This document shows positions 35,039-43,601 of a DNA stretch of 64,000 bases, one piece after another. Below the pieces are notes generated by a model that searched no databases, was not told the origin of the DNA, and worked only from the letters and a program-made list of their open reading frames with translations. Positions within the stretch are counted from its first letter, which is position 1, and every line of letters starts with the position of its first letter. Source of the stretch: Acidimicrobiales bacterium (lineage in GTDB: Bacteria; Actinomycetota; Acidimicrobiia; Acidimicrobiales; RAAP-2); the NCBI GenBank assembly GCA_035297265.1, contig DATGZH010000007.1, positions 8,085 through 72,084 on the forward strand. Direction: 5' to 3'. The translations under genes and the position numbers were made by a program.

Positions 35039-36346
35039 TCAGCGGGAGGACCCGCCCGGTGGGGTGCTCCCCCAGCGCTCGGCGTCGCGCAGCACCTCGT
35101 TGAACGGCTTGTCGCTGTCGTAGGAGGGCTCCCTCGGCAGACCGAGCACCCGCTCGCTGATGATGTTGCGCTGGACCTGGTCGCTGCCGCCGGCGATGGC
35201 GATGATGCGCGAGTTCAGGTAGTTCGTGCTCGGCACGGCGGCGTCATCGTCGGCCGCGTCCCAGCCGACGGCGTCGGTGCCCCCGAGCTCCATGGCGATG
35301 TTGGCCCGGATGGGGGTGATGGCCCCGGCGTGGAGCTTGATGTAGGAGGCGTAGAAGGGGGCGGTCTTCCCCGTCACGATGCCGGCCAGCACCCGACGGA
35401 TGAGGCAGGCGTGCAGGAAGTCGTTGACGTGGGCCCGGGCCACCCGCTGGCGGGCGTGGCTGTCGGCCTCGAGGCCCCGCGACGTCGCCAGGGTCACCAG
35501 ATCGGGGGCGAGAGGCCCCGGGCTTGGGCGGGCCGGAGCCACGGTGTTCTCGGTCTCCGCCCCCCGTTCGAAGGCCAGCATGTCGTTGGCGATGGGCCAG
35601 CCGCCGTTGACCTCGCCGAAGACGTCCTCCGGCGGGATCACGACATCGTCGAAGAACTCCTCGCAGAACTCGGCGTTGCCGTTGATCTGGCGGATCGGCC
35701 GGATGGTGACACCCGGTGCGTCGGTCGGGACCCGGAACCAGGTGAGGCCGCGGTGCTTCGGCGCCTCCCAGTCGGTGCGGGCGAGGCAGATCCCCGAGTC
35801 CGCCGCCATCGCCCCCGAACTCCAGATCTTGGCCCCGTTCAGCACCCAGCTGTCGCCGTCGCGCACCGCCCGGGTGCGGATGCCGGCCAGGTCCGAACCG
35901 GCTCCCGGTTCGGAGAGGAACTGCACCCAGATCTCCTCGCCCGAGAGGATCCGGGGGATCCACTCCTGCTTCTGGCGCTCCGAGCCGTAGACGAGGATCG
36001 TCGGGGCCACGATCCTCTGGGTGACCCCGCCGGCGATGCCCCCGGGGACGGGGAGGACGTAGTCCGCCGACTCCTCCGTGAAGATCCGCTGGTGCTCGGC
36101 CGAGAGGCCCTGCCCCCCGTACTCCTTGGGCCAGGCGATCCCGGTGTAGCCGGCGTCGAAGAGCTTGCGGCGTTCGCCACGCTGGCGGTCCACGTCCTCC
36201 TTGGTGAGGTCGGGTCCGCCGACGGCGATCCGCAGCGGCCCGGTGCGTCGCTCCAGGTTGGCGGCCAGCCACGACCGCACCCGCTGGCGGTACTCGGCGA
36301 GCTCGACGTCGCCTGGGGCTCCGTTGGTCACGGTGACGTCGCTCAT
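35039..36346 (-). CDS. acyl-CoA dehydrogenase family protein (downstream partner of an adjacent ACAD pair)
   Basis: 435 aa with LSEPGAGSDLAGIRTRAVRDGDSWVLNGAKIWSSGA and a C-terminal IAIAGGSDQVQRNIISERVLGLP. ATG 36346 overlaps the upstream ACAD stop (ATGA). Confidence 0.85.
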   Translation of the reverse strand: MSDVTVTNGAPGDVELAEYRQRVRSWLAANLERRTGPLRIAVGGPDLTKEDVDRQRGERRKLFDAGYTGIAWPKEYGGQGLSAEHQRIFTEESADYVLPVPGGIAGGVTQRIVAPTILVYGSERQKQEWIPRILSGEEIWVQFLSEPGAGSDLAGIRTRAVRDGDSWVLNGAKIWSSGAMAADSGICLARTDWEAPKHRGLTWFRVPTDAPGVTIRPIRQINGNAEFCEEFFDDVVIPPEDVFGEVNGGWPIANDMLAFERGAETENTVAPARPSPGPLAPDLVTLATSRGLEADSHARQRVARAHVNDFLHACLIRRVLAGIVTGKTAPFYASYIKLHAGAITPIRANIAMELGGTDAVGWDAADDDAAVPSTNYLNSRIIAIAGGSDQVQRNIISERVLGLPREPSYDSDKPFNEVLRDAERWGSTPPGGSSR

Positions 36347-37485
36347 GCCGGCACCGCGGCCGAGCTCGTGGCGAGTCGCCATAACCGTTCCCGGTGCCAT
36401 GCCGGGTCGCCGTAGAGCGCCCGGTTCGTCGTCACCCGGCGCAGGAAGAGGTGCAGGTCGTGCTCCCACGTGTAGCCGATGCCGCCGTGGAGCTGCAGGC
36501 ACTGCTGAACGACGTCGACACCCACGTCGCCCACGTACGCCTTGACCGAGCTCACGATCGGAGCGGCCTGCGGGTCGTCCACCTGGAGGGCCTCCGCCGC
36601 CACGTGTGCGCCGGCCGTGGCCGTCTCGACCCACAGCCCGACGTCGGCCATGAGGTGCTTCAGGCCCTGGAACGAGCCGATGGGGCGGCCGAAGGCGATG
36701 CGGTCCTTCGTGTACTGCACGGTCCGCGCGAACAGCTCGTTGATCGCCCCGGCCGTCTCGGCACACTGGAGCACGAGGGCCTCCTCGAGCTGCCGTTCGA
36801 GCTCGTCGGCCGCACCCCCAGGGGCACCGACGAGCGTCCTCGTGTCCACCTCGACCCCTTCGAGGCGGACGTCGGCCACCCGGCGGGCGAGGTCGAGACA
36901 GGCGCGGGGTCGCACCGTCACGCCGGGTGCGTCCTTCGGCACGAGGAACTGGGTGGGCGCCCCGTCGAGGGCGGCGGTCACGAGGAGCCAGGAGGCCGCG
37001 TGGGCGTCCTGCACCGTCCCGCGCACCCCGTCCAGGCGGTAGCCACCCGCCGTGGGCGTCGCCGACAGCCCGACCTCCTCGTCGAACCGGCCGTGGGCGT
37101 CGAGCGGCGCCCACGCGGCGACGGTCCCACCGGCGAGGAGCGCCGGTAGCACGGTCGCCCGCTGCTCGTCCGAGCCGACCCGGCCGAGGGCTGCGGCGAC
37201 GACGCTCATCGGGAGCAAGGGTCCGGGTTGGACGTGGCGGCCGCACTCGTAGGCCAGGAGGGCGGCGTCGACGACGCCGTCGCCGCTGACGCTCCCGCCC
37301 CCGTGGGCCTCGTCGACGAGCAGCGAGAACCAACCGAGCTCGGCCCCCTGGCGCAGCCAGGCCTCGTCGAACCCCCGCTCGTCGTCCACGAGCTCGCGCA
37401 CCCGGCTCATGGGGCAGGCCGTCTCCATGAAGCGGGAGGTCGTCTCGAGCCAGAGTGCCCGGTCGCCCGTCACCTCGGTCAGCAC
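36343..37485 (-). CDS. acyl-CoA dehydrogenase family protein (upstream partner of the pair)
   Basis: 380 aa with TVQYTKDRIAFGRPIGSFQGLKH and LHGGIGYTWEHDLHLFLRR. GTG 37485 is preceded by GGAGGGAG. Confidence 0.8.
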   Translation of the reverse strand: MLTEVTGDRALWLETTSRFMETACPMSRVRELVDDERGFDEAWLRQGAELGWFSLLVDEAHGGGSVSGDGVVDAALLAYECGRHVQPGPLLPMSVVAAALGRVGSDEQRATVLPALLAGGTVAAWAPLDAHGRFDEEVGLSATPTAGGYRLDGVRGTVQDAHAASWLLVTAALDGAPTQFLVPKDAPGVTVRPRACLDLARRVADVRLEGVEVDTRTLVGAPGGAADELERQLEEALVLQCAETAGAINELFARTVQYTKDRIAFGRPIGSFQGLKHLMADVGLWVETATAGAHVAAEALQVDDPQAAPIVSSVKAYVGDVGVDVVQQCLQLHGGIGYTWEHDLHLFLRRVTTNRALYGDPAWHRERLWRLATSSAAVPA

Positions 37486-37637
37486 GTGCTCCCTCCACCT
37501 CCCGGGTCGCAGCTCCGACCCCAAAGTTGTATTCAGTCTAATTTCGATGCTATCTTCGCCCTGGTACCCGGCGCACCTGCTGCGGGCGGTGACGCGGGGC
37601 GCAACCGGCCCGGACCACCCGACGAGGAGTCGCCACC

Positions 37638-38846
37638 ATGGACTTCCAACTCTTCGACGCCGACAACCATTACTACGAGGCGCCGGATTGTTTCACCCGC
37701 CACGGTGACGAGACAGTCCGCCGGTACGTGCGCTGGGTGAGCGAGGGGAAGCGCCGGCACCTCCTGTTCGGGGACCGCCAGGCCACGGGGGCCGGCCTCG
37801 GGTTCAACTCGGTCCCCAACCCGACGTTCGAGCCGATCGCCCGACCCGGCGCCTTCCACGACACGCTCAAGGCCTTCGAGTCCGGTGACCAGGGCAAGTC
37901 GACGTTCGCCGGCCGCTACGGCGACCTCGAGCCGCTGTCCCCCGTGTACCAGTCCCGCGAGGAGCGGCTGGCGGCCATGGACGCCCAGGGCGTGGAGAAG
38001 ATCTTCGTCTTCCCGACGCTGGGGCTCACCGTCGAGGGCTTCATGGCCGGCGATCCCGAAGTCATGTACAAGGTCATGCACGCCTTCAACCTCTGGCTCG
38101 ACGACGACTGGGGGGTCAACCGCGACGGGCGCATCTACGCCCCGCCGGTCGTCCCGATGCTGACCGTCGAAGGCGCGGTGGCCGAGCTCGAGTGGGCGCT
38201 GTCGTGCGGGGCTCGGGTTATCTCGATCCAGCCCGGGCCGGCCTACGGTCGCTCGCCGGCCGACACCTACTTCGACCCGTTCTGGGCCCGGGTCAACGAG
38301 GCGGGGGTCCTCGTGGCCTACCACGCCCTCGGCGGACCGTCGGACTACGACCGCACCTTCGCCGAGATGTACGGCACGTCGAGCGACCCCGCCTACACGG
38401 GGATGCTCCGCATGGCGGTGTGCTCGTTCGAACGGCCCATGATGGAGACGGCCCAGTCGCTCATCCTCGGCAACCTCTTCGGCCGGTTCCCGAACATCCG
38501 GGCGGCGAGCATCGAGATGGGCGGTACCTGGGTGCCCTACCTCCTCCACGCGCTCGACCACTCCGGTCCGCTCCTGACCCGCAAGGTGGAGTCGTTCGGC
38601 ACCGTCCTTGCCGACCGGCCCTCGGACGTCTTCAAGGAGCGCTTCTACGTATCGCCGTTCCCCGAAGAGGACGTCGTCGGGCTCGTCGGGCTTCTCGGGG
38701 CGGACCACGTGCTCATGGGCTCGGATTGGCCGCACCCCGAGGGCACGCCAACACCGGCCGCCTACGCCGAGTGCCTCGTCGGCCTGCCCGAGAAGAGCGT
38801 CCGCCGGGTCATGCGCGACAACGCCCTCGAGCTCGTCGCCGCCTGA
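37638..38846 (+). CDS. amidohydrolase-2 family protein
   Basis: 402 aa with N-terminal FDADNHYYE and C-terminal MGSDWPHPEG. The RBS is GAGGAG. Confidence 0.85.
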   Translation: MDFQLFDADNHYYEAPDCFTRHGDETVRRYVRWVSEGKRRHLLFGDRQATGAGLGFNSVPNPTFEPIARPGAFHDTLKAFESGDQGKSTFAGRYGDLEPLSPVYQSREERLAAMDAQGVEKIFVFPTLGLTVEGFMAGDPEVMYKVMHAFNLWLDDDWGVNRDGRIYAPPVVPMLTVEGAVAELEWALSCGARVISIQPGPAYGRSPADTYFDPFWARVNEAGVLVAYHALGGPSDYDRTFAEMYGTSSDPAYTGMLRMAVCSFERPMMETAQSLILGNLFGRFPNIRAASIEMGGTWVPYLLHALDHSGPLLTRKVESFGTVLADRPSDVFKERFYVSPFPEEDVVGLVGLLGADHVLMGSDWPHPEGTPTPAAYAECLVGLPEKSVRRVMRDNALELVAA

Positions 38847-39234
38847 CGCGCAAGGTGACGGCTAGGCGCCATCAGCGGTCAGGCGTCCGGCTCTTCGAAT
38901 TGCAGCGGGATCTGGTGGCCTGGCGAGATCCGTGCTCACGAACGTCGACCTGCCCCTGAATCAGGCACGTCGGTGACGCGCTCTGTCCGTCGTTCGGGCG
39001 CGCGCTCTGAGGCACACGGTGACATGCCGAACGCCGCTTCTCTGACACCCGCGTGACGGACGCCATGTGCCCTTCATCCCATGCAGAAGGCCCATTTCGG
39101 TGCGCGATCAATTGCGCTTTCCATGCTCCCGGTCGCCGGACGACCGATGCGAACAAGGACCGCTTGTCAACGGTTTGGAGCGGATTCCTTCCTCGGTAGG
39201 TTCGGGGCCGGACGGGCGCTTCTCCACGACGGTG

Positions 39235-39870
39235 TCACTGGGGTGAGCGAGCGCTATCAGTGACTAAGGCCATCGCTGTGTCGACGATCCAGGCCTCGAC
39301 CTCGTCGAAGGCCCAGCCGTATTCCCCGCCAAGGGTGCGCCAGGTTGCTGGGAGCGACAAGAAGCTCAGGACGTCCGCGGCGTGAGTGGGAGACATTGTC
39401 GCTTTGACCTTTCCGAGCGCCTCGAGCCTCTCGATTGCCAGTCCACAGGCGGCGCGATGGATGACCATCCCCTCCTCCCAAGCCTCGGCGGCAACAGGCT
39501 CGAACGGTGCCGCCGATTCGATCGCGTACATCAACTCCCCCGAGGTCTCCAACAGCCGCCTGACCCCTGCAACAAAGCCAGAGATCACTTGCCGGGGTTC
39601 CCGGATCAGCTCGAAAGCTGCCCGCGTATCCCCTGACACTCCGGCGAGGACGGGGATCATCTTCCGCAGCTCGTCGAGGATCGCCGGCTTCGTGCCGACG
39701 CTCACATAGACGGTCGGCACCGCCACGCGTGCCGCGGCGGCGATGTCAGCGACGGTGGTCCCCGCATAGCCGCGCGCTATGAAGAGCGCCCGGGCCGCAT
39801 CGAGGATCGCCTGGCGTGTCGCCTCGGCCTGCTCCTGCCTGCGCTGGGAGTGGTACTTGGCCCTTGACAC
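39235..39870 (-). CDS. TetR family transcriptional regulator
   Basis: The HTH is TVADIAAAARVAVPTVYVSV. It is divergent from the GT1 gene and starts at GTG 39870. Confidence 0.8.
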   Translation of the reverse strand: MSRAKYHSQRRQEQAEATRQAILDAARALFIARGYAGTTVADIAAAARVAVPTVYVSVGTKPAILDELRKMIPVLAGVSGDTRAAFELIREPRQVISGFVAGVRRLLETSGELMYAIESAAPFEPVAAEAWEEGMVIHRAACGLAIERLEALGKVKATMSPTHAADVLSFLSLPATWRTLGGEYGWAFDEVEAWIVDTAMALVTDSARSPQ

Positions 39871-39876
39871 ACTTCA

Positions 39877-39882
39877 ATACTA
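39877..39882 (-). promoter_or_regulatory. candidate -10 hexamer (TAGTAT on minus strand) for a leaderless TetR mRNA
   Basis: TAGTAT lies exactly 6 nt upstream of GTG 39870, with no Shine-Dalgarno sequence, in an AT-rich divergent intergenic region. Confidence 0.4.
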
Positions 39883-39934
39883 CAGTCACACTATTCATTA
39901 GACGACATATCGTACGAAAATTTCGGGGGTGGCG

Positions 39935-41245
39935 ATGGCACGCTTCTTGGTGGCGACCTACCCGAGCCCCGGGCACGTCGCCCCGGCCGCCGCGGTGGTG
40001 CGGGAGCTCTCCGGAGGGGGCCATGACGTGCGCTGGTACACCGGGTCTCGTTTCGTCGAGGTGGTGGCCGACTCGGGTGCGCGCTTCTGCCCGATGGCCA
40101 AGAGCCTCGACTGGGACTACAACGACCTCAACAGCTCCTTCCCCGGCCGTGCCGACTTGAAGGGTCTCAAGCAGGGGCAGTTCGACCTGACCGAGATCTT
40201 CGTGCGCCCCCTCCGTCACCACCTGCCCGCTCTCGCGGCGTTGACCAGAGAGGAACCCGCTGATGTCTTCGTCTCGCACACCATCTTCCTCGGCGGCGGG
40301 TGGCTGCATGAGATGGGCGGGCCGCCGAACGCCTCCCTCGGCGACACCTGCCTCGCCTACCCGAGCACCGACGTCGCCCCCTACGGGATGGGGCTGCCAC
40401 CACGAGGCGGCTGGACCGGCCATCTCCGCAATAGTGCTCTTCGTGCCATCGGCCGGGCCGCGTTCTTCTCTCCGGTGACGAAGGCGGCGCGAGAGGTCCG
40501 TGCGGAGCTCGGCCTTCCTCCCGTGCCGATACGGGATCTCGGTTTCGGCCTCTCCCCGTACCTGCACATCCAGCTCTGTCCCCGCGGCTTTGAGTATCCG
40601 CGCCCCGATCTCCCTCCCCAGGTCCACTTCGTAGGCGCCCCTCTGCCGGCGGCGCCAGCGGGGTTCGCAGACAACCAACCGAGCTGGTGGCCGAGGCTCT
40701 CCGAGGCAAAGCACGTCGCCCTCGTCACCCAAGGGACTATCGCGACCGACCCTAACGACCTTCTCGCTCCGTGCTTGAAAGGACTCTCCGGCCAGGATCT
40801 GTTCGTGGTGGCGACTACCGGTGGTGCAGACCCGGCTGTACTCGGGGACCCGCCCGCCAACGCTGTCGTCGAGAGGTTCGTTCCCTTCTCCGCTCTCCTG
40901 CCGCACGTCGACGTCATGGTCTCGAATGGTGGCTTCGGCGCCGTGCAATTAGCCATCGCCAACGGCGTCCCGATGGTGGTGGCCGGCACGAGTGAGGACA
41001 AGAAGGAAGTGACCGCACACGTCGGCTGGTCGGGCATCGGAATCAACCTTCGGACCAGTCGTCCCTCACCCGCTGTGATCGCCGACTCCGTGGGGCAGGT
41101 GTTGAACGAGCCGGGTTTCCGTGAGCGGACCCGCGCGCTCCAGGCAGAAACGAACGGCACCAGTCCAGCCCGAGCAGCGGCTGACCTTCTCGAAGGTCTT
41201 GCAGTCAGGGGCGGCGATTCGGTTCGCAGTCGCGACACTCGATGA
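39935..41245 (+). CDS. glycosyltransferase family 1 (UDP-glycosyltransferase / MGT-like)
   Basis: It begins with N-terminal MARFLVATYPSPGHVAPAAAV. The C-terminal nucleotide-sugar motif is VSNGGFGAVQLAIANGVPMVVAGTSEDKKEV. Confidence 0.8.
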   Translation: MARFLVATYPSPGHVAPAAAVVRELSGGGHDVRWYTGSRFVEVVADSGARFCPMAKSLDWDYNDLNSSFPGRADLKGLKQGQFDLTEIFVRPLRHHLPALAALTREEPADVFVSHTIFLGGGWLHEMGGPPNASLGDTCLAYPSTDVAPYGMGLPPRGGWTGHLRNSALRAIGRAAFFSPVTKAAREVRAELGLPPVPIRDLGFGLSPYLHIQLCPRGFEYPRPDLPPQVHFVGAPLPAAPAGFADNQPSWWPRLSEAKHVALVTQGTIATDPNDLLAPCLKGLSGQDLFVVATTGGADPAVLGDPPANAVVERFVPFSALLPHVDVMVSNGGFGAVQLAIANGVPMVVAGTSEDKKEVTAHVGWSGIGINLRTSRPSPAVIADSVGQVLNEPGFRERTRALQAETNGTSPARAAADLLEGLAVRGGDSVRSRDTR

Positions 41246-41379
41246 GCCATTCGTCGGTGCGCCTTCTCGACTGACACCGCGCGCCCACCCGCTCACAGAG
41301 GGCTCAGACCGCCGATTCGGGGCCTCGGCTGTCCAGCGTCGGCTCTAGGCTCTTGTCCACCGCAGAACAATTATTTGGG

Positions 41380-41400
41380 CGTCGACCTCGATGGTCGACG
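41380..41400. terminator. hairpin between convergent genes (possible bidirectional terminator)
   Basis: CGTCGACC-TCGAT-GGTCGACG forms an 8-bp stem and is flanked by TTATTT on the plus strand. Confidence 0.3.
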
Positions 41401-41567
41401 AAGGGCCGTCCGCCGCCGCCAGATCGACGGCTCGGTGCGCTTCCACAAATGAACAACCCTGCCGAAGGGCGTCGCAGAATGTTCAGCGACCTGTTTGCCT
41501 CGAGGTAGCCCCGGACGCCGGCTCAGAGCGATACGGACCGGCTATGCAAGCGCAAGATACAGAGGGT

Positions 41568-42590
41568 CTAGGAAAGTCGTTCCGCCAAGTAGGCGAGGGA
41601 CATCGGATACCGGTATTCGATCCGGGCGTGAGTACCTTCGAACAATTCGAAGTGGACATCGTCGACGCCGATCTCGGCGAGCGCACTGCGGAAGGCTTGT
41701 GCGCCGATTTCCAGAAACCACTCATCGTTCTTCCCGCCGTCGATCCAGATCGCTCGCAGCCCACCAAGTGCTTCTGCATGATCCGGGACCATGCGGACGG
41801 GGTCCCAGTCCAGCCACCTTTGCCATGTGTCGTATCGGATCCTGCCGGTGTCGGGGTCGAATGGAAGGACCGGCGTACCGTTCTCGTCTGCGGAGAAGCA
41901 CGCAGCAACGCCGAGCATCATCAACAATGTGTCGTCGGACTCCTTGGTGAATGCCACTCTTCCCTGAAAGTCCTTCCACCACCTGTCGATCGATCCCTCG
42001 TACTCGCGCAGTGCTCGCACGGCCTTGGCGAACTCTGGGATATAGCAAAGCTCGTACAGGGCGTCGCCAGCGTGGGTCGCCAGGCCCCCGAACAGGTCTG
42101 GGCGGAGCATCGGCGTGATCATCGCCCCGAAACCTCCGCTCGACTTCCCCTGGATCCCGCGGTGCGACGCCTCCATCAAGGTGCGGTAGTGAGAGTCGAC
42201 GAAGGGCACCACGTCCTCACACAGGTAACTGTGGTAACGCCCGGTCCCGGGGGAGTCGACGAATTGCGATCCTCCGTATGCGGTCCATGCGTCCACGTAG
42301 ACGACGATGCACGGTGGCGCCGAGCCTCGGGCGAAGAGCTCGTCGGCGGCCTCGGTGAAGGGGAGCCGATAGGCGATGCGGTTGTCCCACATGCTGAGGT
42401 GGCCCGTGTATCCCTGAAGCACGTACACGCTCGGGTACGACCTGGTGGAATCGTCGTCATAACCAGGCGGGACGTACACCCACAACGGGCGGTCGCAGGG
42501 ATCACCGAGGGGATTGTCCGCCAAGGCACGAGAGGTCAGGACGTGGTGGTCAATCCTCCCTGCCAGCTGTCTCTCCCAGGGAAGGGGCAC
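41568..42590 (-). CDS. alpha/beta-hydrolase, putative esterase family
   Basis: 340 aa with YPSVYVLQGYTG and the nucleophile elbow GKSSGG. Its GC content is clearly lower than in the neighbouring operons. Confidence 0.75.
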   Translation of the reverse strand: MPLPWERQLAGRIDHHVLTSRALADNPLGDPCDRPLWVYVPPGYDDDSTRSYPSVYVLQGYTGHLSMWDNRIAYRLPFTEAADELFARGSAPPCIVVYVDAWTAYGGSQFVDSPGTGRYHSYLCEDVVPFVDSHYRTLMEASHRGIQGKSSGGFGAMITPMLRPDLFGGLATHAGDALYELCYIPEFAKAVRALREYEGSIDRWWKDFQGRVAFTKESDDTLLMMLGVAACFSADENGTPVLPFDPDTGRIRYDTWQRWLDWDPVRMVPDHAEALGGLRAIWIDGGKNDEWFLEIGAQAFRSALAEIGVDDVHFELFEGTHARIEYRYPMSLAYLAERLS

Positions 42591-42759
42591 GGTTCCTCAC
42601 CCTAGAGCCCAGGACACCGCCCCACCTTTCGACACCATCGTCAAAGTGCGGATCCCGTACACCCAAGTTCTCTTCTCGACGTTCTGTGAACCGAGCTGAT
42701 CGCTCACTGTCTCGATGAACCCGATCGCACCTCGCTCTGGGGGTGTCCCCGATCGCCGG

Positions 42760-43263
42760 CTACGTTGCGGTACCCCCTTTGAGAAGCACCTCGTAGCGGT
42801 GGAACTCAGCGTCGGTGCTCACCAGGCGGAATCCGGCTCGCATGAGGGTACGTTGCGAAGCGATGTTGTCCAGCGTCGTGTCGGCGATCACTCTGGACAG
42901 TCCGTAGTCGGCGGCCACGGTCAGCAGAGCGATGACAGCTTCAGCGGCGTAGCCATGGCCGCGGGCCGAGGGAGCCAGGCCGTAGCCGATCTCGACGCAG
43001 CCGCCAGCTGGCTGGCCCTTGAAGCCGAGCCCCCCGATGGCCCGCCCGTCGGCCAGGCGGGTGATCCGGTAGTAGCCGAACGGCCGTTGCTCTCCGTCTG
43101 CGGCGGTGGCGCGAAGGAAGCCCCCGACTGCGCCGACGTCGCCCTCGAAGGGAAAATCGTCGGCCCAGGTGTCGGCTGGCCCCGCACTCCGAGCGACGAT
43201 ACGTTCGGCCTCGGCGACATCGATCGCATGCAGCTCGAGGCGCGATGTTCGAATGTCGGTCAT
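42760..43263 (-). CDS. GNAT family N-acetyltransferase (RimJ/RimL-like)
   Basis: 167 aa with the acetyl-CoA loop ARGHGYAAEA and NIASQRTLMRAGF. Its GC content is lower than the surrounding DNA. Confidence 0.8.
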   Translation of the reverse strand: MTDIRTSRLELHAIDVAEAERIVARSAGPADTWADDFPFEGDVGAVGGFLRATAADGEQRPFGYYRITRLADGRAIGGLGFKGQPAGGCVEIGYGLAPSARGHGYAAEAVIALLTVAADYGLSRVIADTTLDNIASQRTLMRAGFRLVSTDAEFHRYEVLLKGGTAT

Positions 43264-43571
43264 GGCGGGAGCGAATCAGCCCCCATCGCCGAGCAACCGG
43301 GCTCCGGTGATGATCGGGAGCTGCTGGCTGAGGTTGGCATCAGGAAACCGCCGGAGATTACCGACACCCTTGGAGGTCGCTGGCCCATCCTTCCGAACTG
43401 TAGAGAGAAGACGGTTCGCTGAAGGAGCGCCCATACCGTCGGATTGGTGCGGCACCTTCCGGCTCACAAGGGCCCGCTGCGGAGCGTCGCCAGCGCCACA
43501 CCCCGCGGTTCTCTGCTCGTCCGCCGGATCGCGGGAGCGGACGCCCACTGTTTTGGGCGGAGATGTTTCGT

Positions 43572-43591
43572 CCCAGACCTCGCCGTCTGGG
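43572..43591 (-). terminator. hairpin just downstream of the fused ACAD gene
   Basis: CCCAGAC-CTCGCC-GTCTGGG lies 11 nt after the minus-strand stop. There is no clear U tract. Confidence 0.35.
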
Positions 43592-43601
43592 GAGCCGACG
43601 C

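Noticed and set aside
38872-39156. The 94-aa minus-strand ORF and 60-aa plus-strand ORF in the 388-nt gap after the amidohydrolase gene.
   Set aside because: They have no RBS, no motif, and Arg/Ser-rich composition. This is more likely non-coding or decayed DNA at the edge of the lower-GC patch.
39153-39167. ACAAG-gaccg-CTTGT inverted repeat as a KstR2-type operator, and a general search for KstR-type (TnnAACnnGTTnnA) sites in intergenic regions.
   Set aside because: The spacing is 5 nt rather than the 2 nt I recall for the KstR2 consensus. The repeat lies downstream of a gene rather than in a promoter. No KstR-like site was seen by eye in any intergenic region.
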